Below are positions 30,531 through 35,510 of a stretch of DNA of 35,510 nt, one piece after another. The position numbers and the translations under genes were made by a program. Numbering within the stretch: position 1 is the first letter of the stretch; each line of letters begins with the position of its first letter. The stretch covers positions 1-35,510 of the forward strand of contig JBLWGC010000200.1 of the NCBI GenBank assembly GCA_048772705.1. The letters run 5' to 3'. The notes beneath the pieces were generated by a model. The model made no database searches and was not told the origin of the DNA. It saw only the letters and a program-made list of their open reading frames with translations. Source of the DNA: Leidyana gryllorum EB-2025a. Its lineage: Eukaryota > Protista > Apicomplexa.

Positions 30531-31364
30531 GGTACTTGAATGACACTTCTCTACAAGTCGTTTGAACTCGTACATATCGTTCCAGAGCAATTGCACGCAA
30601 GATTGATGCAATTAGTTCGTTCTGCTTATCACATTCACGATAGGTTGCTAACTATTCCATCAATAAATAAATCTCACAGAAACAATGGGTACGGGGAAGC
30701 GCCCGAGCGAAGCGACAAGGGCGCTTGAGCTGGACTTAGGCGGCCAGCCGTTATGCAGCCTAGATCGGAGAATTTTACAAAATAAAAGAATTAAGCTAGA
30801 GCAATGGTTCCAACCCCTTCACTTCCGGACTTAAGCCACCTCTATAACTCACCGCTGCCCCCCGAACGCCATGAGCTGGATGACGGCTCAGCGCTCCCCA
30901 CACCCCATCAATACTTCTTCACGCACACTATTACTCAATGTACATATGAGCCTTAACATCCCGCTCGTACACTAACAATTCGAATACTCATAACTCTTAG
31001 CATATATACACTCTCTCAATGTTTTATAGCAAACAACTGACCACCACCCTCTTACCACCTCGAACTACATCACAATTGTCAATATACTCCTATTAACCTA
31101 CCTATCATTAGCCAAATTCATATCGTCCGAATCAACACTCAAATCCTATCCATAACTTGACTCCATCCGCATATTCTTACAAATACCCATTCACTCCAAT
31201 ACATAATGTCCACGATACGCACTGGACTCATGACATTCTTCTCAACACTAACAATTCAACTTCAATCTCATTGATCCCCTTATATCTAGCATTGCAAGCT
31301 TTTATACGTCTGCAAATACTCCCTCAATCAACGAGCAAATCGCTAACTCACTCTCGACGCCTCA

Positions 31365-32868
31365 TGTAAGTATCGGGCTCTAATACTGGGTCTGTGTGAC
31401 TGTCCTGTTTAGTTCTCCTAGTGAGCTTCTTCGGTAATATCGATCTAGCTCCAGATCTAGTGTTCACAGCCATTCTGGTCGGTTTGAGTGTTCGCGTCTT
31501 TGTAGTGCCCGTGTCTCCGTGGAGACACCGGTGTTCATGCAATCAAAAAGGGGCATACGTCTAGCTGTTGCTTGTGTAAGACCTTACACCACTCCCCCTC
31601 TTTATAAGAGGTCTTCGCCGCGAAGCTCCGCCTCTGTGAACTGTGTTGCTGCTTGGTTGTAGTGGTACACCGAGTCAAGTCTAGCCCTACCTTACGTGTG
31701 ATCTGTTTTTAGTTGCATGAATAGTCCTAGTTTACACGTGATTCGTTTTTGGTTGCATGAACACACGGGTGTCTCCGCACGGAGACACCGGCAATACAGA
31801 CACGTGAACTTACCGATCTAGAAATGAACACCAGACGCACTAGGCGATCGAGTATTCTCCCTCGAGCCATGACCCACCGCTCCAAAACCAAGACAGCAGA
31901 GAGGGTAGATGACCCAGAGATGGAAACTTACATTGGTGGGTCCTGTTCCATTCGGTTCGGTAGTTGATAATGAGGTCGGAGGCATCGGCCTCTATTAGGG
32001 TAGTGCGCGGTTCCCATGTCGCCTCCTCTCGCGGGTATCCAGCCCACTTCACCAAAAAGCTGAGCCCGTTGGCATCGTGTTTTTGGGCCAAGACTGCTTC
32101 CATCTGGAAGATTTCGTCTGTTGCTTCTGTGGGGGGTTGTCCATGGTATTCCTTGAGGCGCGAGCAGTGGAACTTTCGCAGGCCTCTCCATTGGCGCGGC
32201 ATATTGAGTTCGACAACGTCTCCTTCTGAGATTCGCGTGATCTGGAAAGGCCCTATGTAAGCCTTCCGTAGTTTGCCCTTGGGCGCTCCTGTGACTCCAC
32301 CAGCCTTAAGTAGTACCCATTGTCCCTCACGCAACGTTGATCGGCTGTGGCCTTTGTCATACTGTTCCTTTTGTTTGCCTTGTGCTGAGCGGATGCGGTC
32401 TTGGATGAGGGTCAGTGTTTCGGTGTGTAGTCCTTGGCTGACTGGGTTGGCGGCAATGTCTACAGTGAGACGGATGCGCGGGATGAAGCCTCTCTCGGTT
32501 TCGAATGGAGAGATCCCAGTGGACGCGTTGGGGAGGGAGTTGTAGGCGAATTCCACTGATGCCAGCTTGCTAACCCATTTTGCTCCCACCTCCTGTTCGC
32601 ATAGGCTTCGCAATACTTGAATAATTGTTCGGTGCGCTCTCTCAATGAGGCCATTTGTTTGAGGATGTCCCCGCGTGCTGGGTTTCAGCTTAGTCCCCGC
32701 CGATTGGAGTAGCTTCTCCCACAGCTCGCTCAGCCATCGGGCATCTCGGTCGCTGATTATGGCTCTGGGGAAACCGTGTTCCCGCACCACTCGTGTCATT
32801 AGCATAGCTGCACACTCTTCTGCGTTGGCAGTATGTTTGCAAGGTTCGAGCAAGATGCGCCTTGTCAA
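31365..32868 (-). mobile_element. Chromovirus 3' fragment E4 (integrase core, chromodomain, PPT, 3' LTR 31365-31588)
   Basis: ISDRD, HPQTNG, YIGPF, FLVKWAGYPREEATWEP; PPT GAGGGGGAGTGG; TGTAA..TTACA LTR. Confidence 0.9.
31658..31932 (+). mobile_element. Solo LTR inserted just after the E4 chromodomain
   Basis: TGTAG..TTACA; TTGGT TSD; removal restores NRTHQ-AATQFTEAELRG. Confidence 0.9.
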
Positions 32869-33680
32869 TTGTGCAGGTCGGCGAAACCCGCAAGGGTGAG
32901 CCCGACCATTACCGTAGGTTTTTTGGGGGTTCTTAGGGGGTACCAGAAACGACTTTTAGTGAAATAGGAATTTGATTAGAAGCTCTAGACCAGCTCGCTC
33001 GCTTACCTTAGGAATAGTAGTGGCCTCATTAGTTGGCAGCCAGGTTTTAGGCGAAATCTCACCGCTAGAATAAGAGATAGGCGACTGTCTCGAGCTCTCT
33101 GAGACACGAGAAGGCCTGATTTTTGCAAAAATGACACTCGCCAAACTTCAATTGGCTCGTTCGCTACAGCAAACTAGCCTCCCATCGAGATGTAAGGGTC
33201 GTCAGACTCCTTAATTTAGCTCTCGTGCGGCACGCAAGCAACCGATAGCAGCCCAAACGAGCCACTTTTCCCAAGATTTGGTGTGCGAGACGTGGGACTT
33301 GGACTGTTATTTTTGTTCTCAGATCTAAAAAGCTCTCTTCTCGCTCGCGCTCGCTTTCTTCCCCCCCAGATGTTCCCAAGACGTGACCTAGTGCCACTCA
33401 GACTAGTGTGGCACGTTCCCGCACCAAGTAAGTTCCCACAACTCATCCCCACACATCCCACATAGCCGAGGAAGAGCTTCGCCACTTTGCGACCAGAGCC
33501 TCACCTCCCCGTTGTGCAGTTTTTATCCCAGCCAACTGACCCTCATTCGCTACCTGCCCCAACCAGCATCCACTGACGCCCCAGCTAACATCTCATTGAG
33601 TCATTCTCAGTCTCCCCTACCGTCTTTCTCGTCTACTGAGGTTATTGGGTGTCTCTAAGCGAAATTTATCACATTTTTTT

Positions 33681-33820
33681 GATGTCGTCACCCTCATCTC
33701 GTTACAAGTTTATCGGTGTTTTTTGATGTCGTCATCCTTATCTCGTTACAAATTCATCGGAATTTTTCATGTCGTCATAACCCGTTACTAATTCATCGGA
33801 ATGTTTCATGTCGTCATCCT
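33681..33820. repeat. ~39-44-bp tandem repeat, 3.3 copies
   Basis: ATGTCGTCA..CGTTAC..ATCGG recurs near 33681, 33725, 33768, 33807. Confidence 0.85.
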
Positions 33821-33884
33821 TAACCCCTTACCAAATTTTTCAAAAAAGCAGAGTTCGTCACCAGTGTGCAACTTGTACCAGATG

Positions 33885-35260
33885 ATACTCGTGTTACACA
33901 TCTCTTTGCAGCACCTTCAATACCCCTTTGCAACATGTTCGTGACTTGTTTGCGACATGTTTGACACTGTTTGCTACCTGTTTCACACTTGTTTCCTACT
34001 TGTTTGATACTTCTGTGAGACTTGTTCGCCACATGCTTTACACATGTTTAACACTTTTTTGCCACATGTTTAACACTTGTTTGAAACTCCGTTGAGACTT
34101 GTTCGCCACATGTTTAACACTTTTTTGCCACATGTTCCACACTTGTTTGTGAGTCGTTCAGCGAAGCTACCGCGCTAGCGAGCGAGTGATGTGAGAGGGG
34201 AGCATCGGGGGTCGGTGCGTCTGCCATTGTCTGAGAGTTTCTATCCCAATCTATTCTTTTCTAAATTACTAGCGGACACAACGTAGCCTATTTCCTAGAT
34301 CCCGACGTCCCAGGGCACGGCCCAGTTTGACACTCGTTTGACACTTGTTTGCGACATGTTTGCGACATGTTTCACACTTGTTTGACACTCGTTTGACACT
34401 TGTTTGCGATATGTTTGCCACATCTTTGACCCTTGTTTGCTACTTGTTTACCACTTGTTTCACATATGTTTGCCACTTGTTTGCCACATGTTTCACACTT
34501 GTTTGACACTCAGTTGAGACTTGCTCGCCACATGTTCAATACTTGTTTTACGCTCGTTTGACACTTGTTTGACACCCCTTTCACACTTGTTTGCGACATG
34601 TTTGCGACATGTTTGCGACATCTTTGGCACCCGTTTTGCTACTTGTTCGCCACGTGTTACACACACATTTGCCACTTGTTTCCTATATGTTTGCCACATC
34701 TTTCACACTTGTTTGACACTCGTTTGACACTTGTTTGCGATATGTTTGCCACATCTTTGACACTTGTTTGCTACTTGTTTACCACTTGTTTCACATATGT
34801 TTGCCACTTGTTTGCCACATGTTTCACACTTGTTTGACACTCAGTTGAGACTTGCTCGCCACATGTTAAACACTTGTTTTACGCTCGTTTGACACTTGTT
34901 TGACACTCGTTTGCCACTTGTTACACACATCTTTGACACTTTGTTTGCTACTTTTTTGCCACTTGTTTGCTACTTGTTTGCCACATGTTTCACACTCGTT
35001 TGTTACTTGTTTGACACTTGTTTGCTACCTGTTTCACACTTGTTTCCTACTTGCTTTGCACTTGTTACACACTTGTTTGTTACTTGTTTGCGACATGTTT
35101 GCGACATCTTTGACACTTGTTTGCCACATGCTTGACACTTGTTTGATCCATGTTTGACAGTTGTTTGCGAGTTGTTACACACTTGTTTGTTACATGTTTG
35201 CTACTCTTTTGACACTTGTTTGCGAGTTGTTTGACACATGTTTCACACTTCTTTGCTACT
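33885..35260. repeat. 11-bp degenerate minisatellite
   Basis: Same monomer as 30100-30530; interrupted at 34150-34324. Confidence 0.93.
34150..34324 (-). mobile_element. Probable solo LTR within minisatellite
   Basis: TG..CA with imperfect terminal inverted repeat (TGAGTCGT / ACGGCCCA); GTTTG on both sides (weak, as GTTTG is common in the satellite). Confidence 0.68.
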
Positions 35261-35312
35261 TGATAGGTACTTAAATGACACTTTTCTACAAGTCGTTTGA
35301 ACTCGTACATAT

Positions 35313-35510
35313 TGTAGGCTGGAGGCCACATGGGTAAGTCTGTGTCTCGGTGTCTCCAGTGCCGGCCGGCCGGCACCGGGTGAGGAGACACGGAGACACA
35401 CACACGAGCGGAGTCAGTGAACATTTTTTAGTTACGTGGAACTACGAACAATGCACTTACGAAACCGCTGCCTAGCAACAGACCCCGACGTAGATCTAAA
35501 GGAAACTTAC
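35313..35510 (+). mobile_element. LTR running to the window end
   Basis: Starts TGTAGG where homology to 30521-30577 stops; shares GGAGACAC and GCCGGCCGGC with E2/E3 LTRs; ends GAAACTTAC like 31923-31931. Confidence 0.75.

Noticed and set aside
31840-32868. E4 as the missing 3' end of E3
   Set aside because: It overlaps the same integrase region as 25666-26388 with a different sequence and has a different LTR
33681-33820. CRISPR array
   Set aside because: Inter-repeat sequences resemble each other, no cas genes, eukaryotic context
30095-35424. Cys/Lys/Gln-rich ORFs such as 30095-30511 and 35080-35424
   Set aside because: Artefacts of the 11-bp minisatellite; the period is not a multiple of 3

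Overview
This is eukaryotic nuclear DNA: it has A34 anticodons (AGC/AAT/AGT/AAC/AGG/ACG/AGA), a eukaryotic initiator tRNA-Met and no encoded CCA. An alveolate/apicomplexan-like host is my guess only. No ordinary host protein gene is evident. The window has three zones. (1) A very dense tRNA gene/pseudogene field (1-4860, 9937-20038, 23678-25045) of roughly 90 tRNA-like units by hand count, covering 18 amino acids and built from a few multi-tRNA modules reshuffled in both orientations. (2) Ty3/gypsy LTR retrotransposons: one young full-length element (4903-9929, tRNA-Pro PBS, 5-bp TSD), three decayed or nested elements (two with a visible chromodomain, one with an iMet PBS), three solo LTRs with TSDs and one LTR running off the window end. 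(3) An 11-bp minisatellite zone (30100-35260). A ~5-kb inversion (~20038-25045) splits both a tRNA-Ala gene and an integrase gene. All eight different LTR sequences carry an ATG-initiated frame that stays open through the LTR 3' end. Coordinates were read by hand and may be off by a few bases, especially for degenerate copies.
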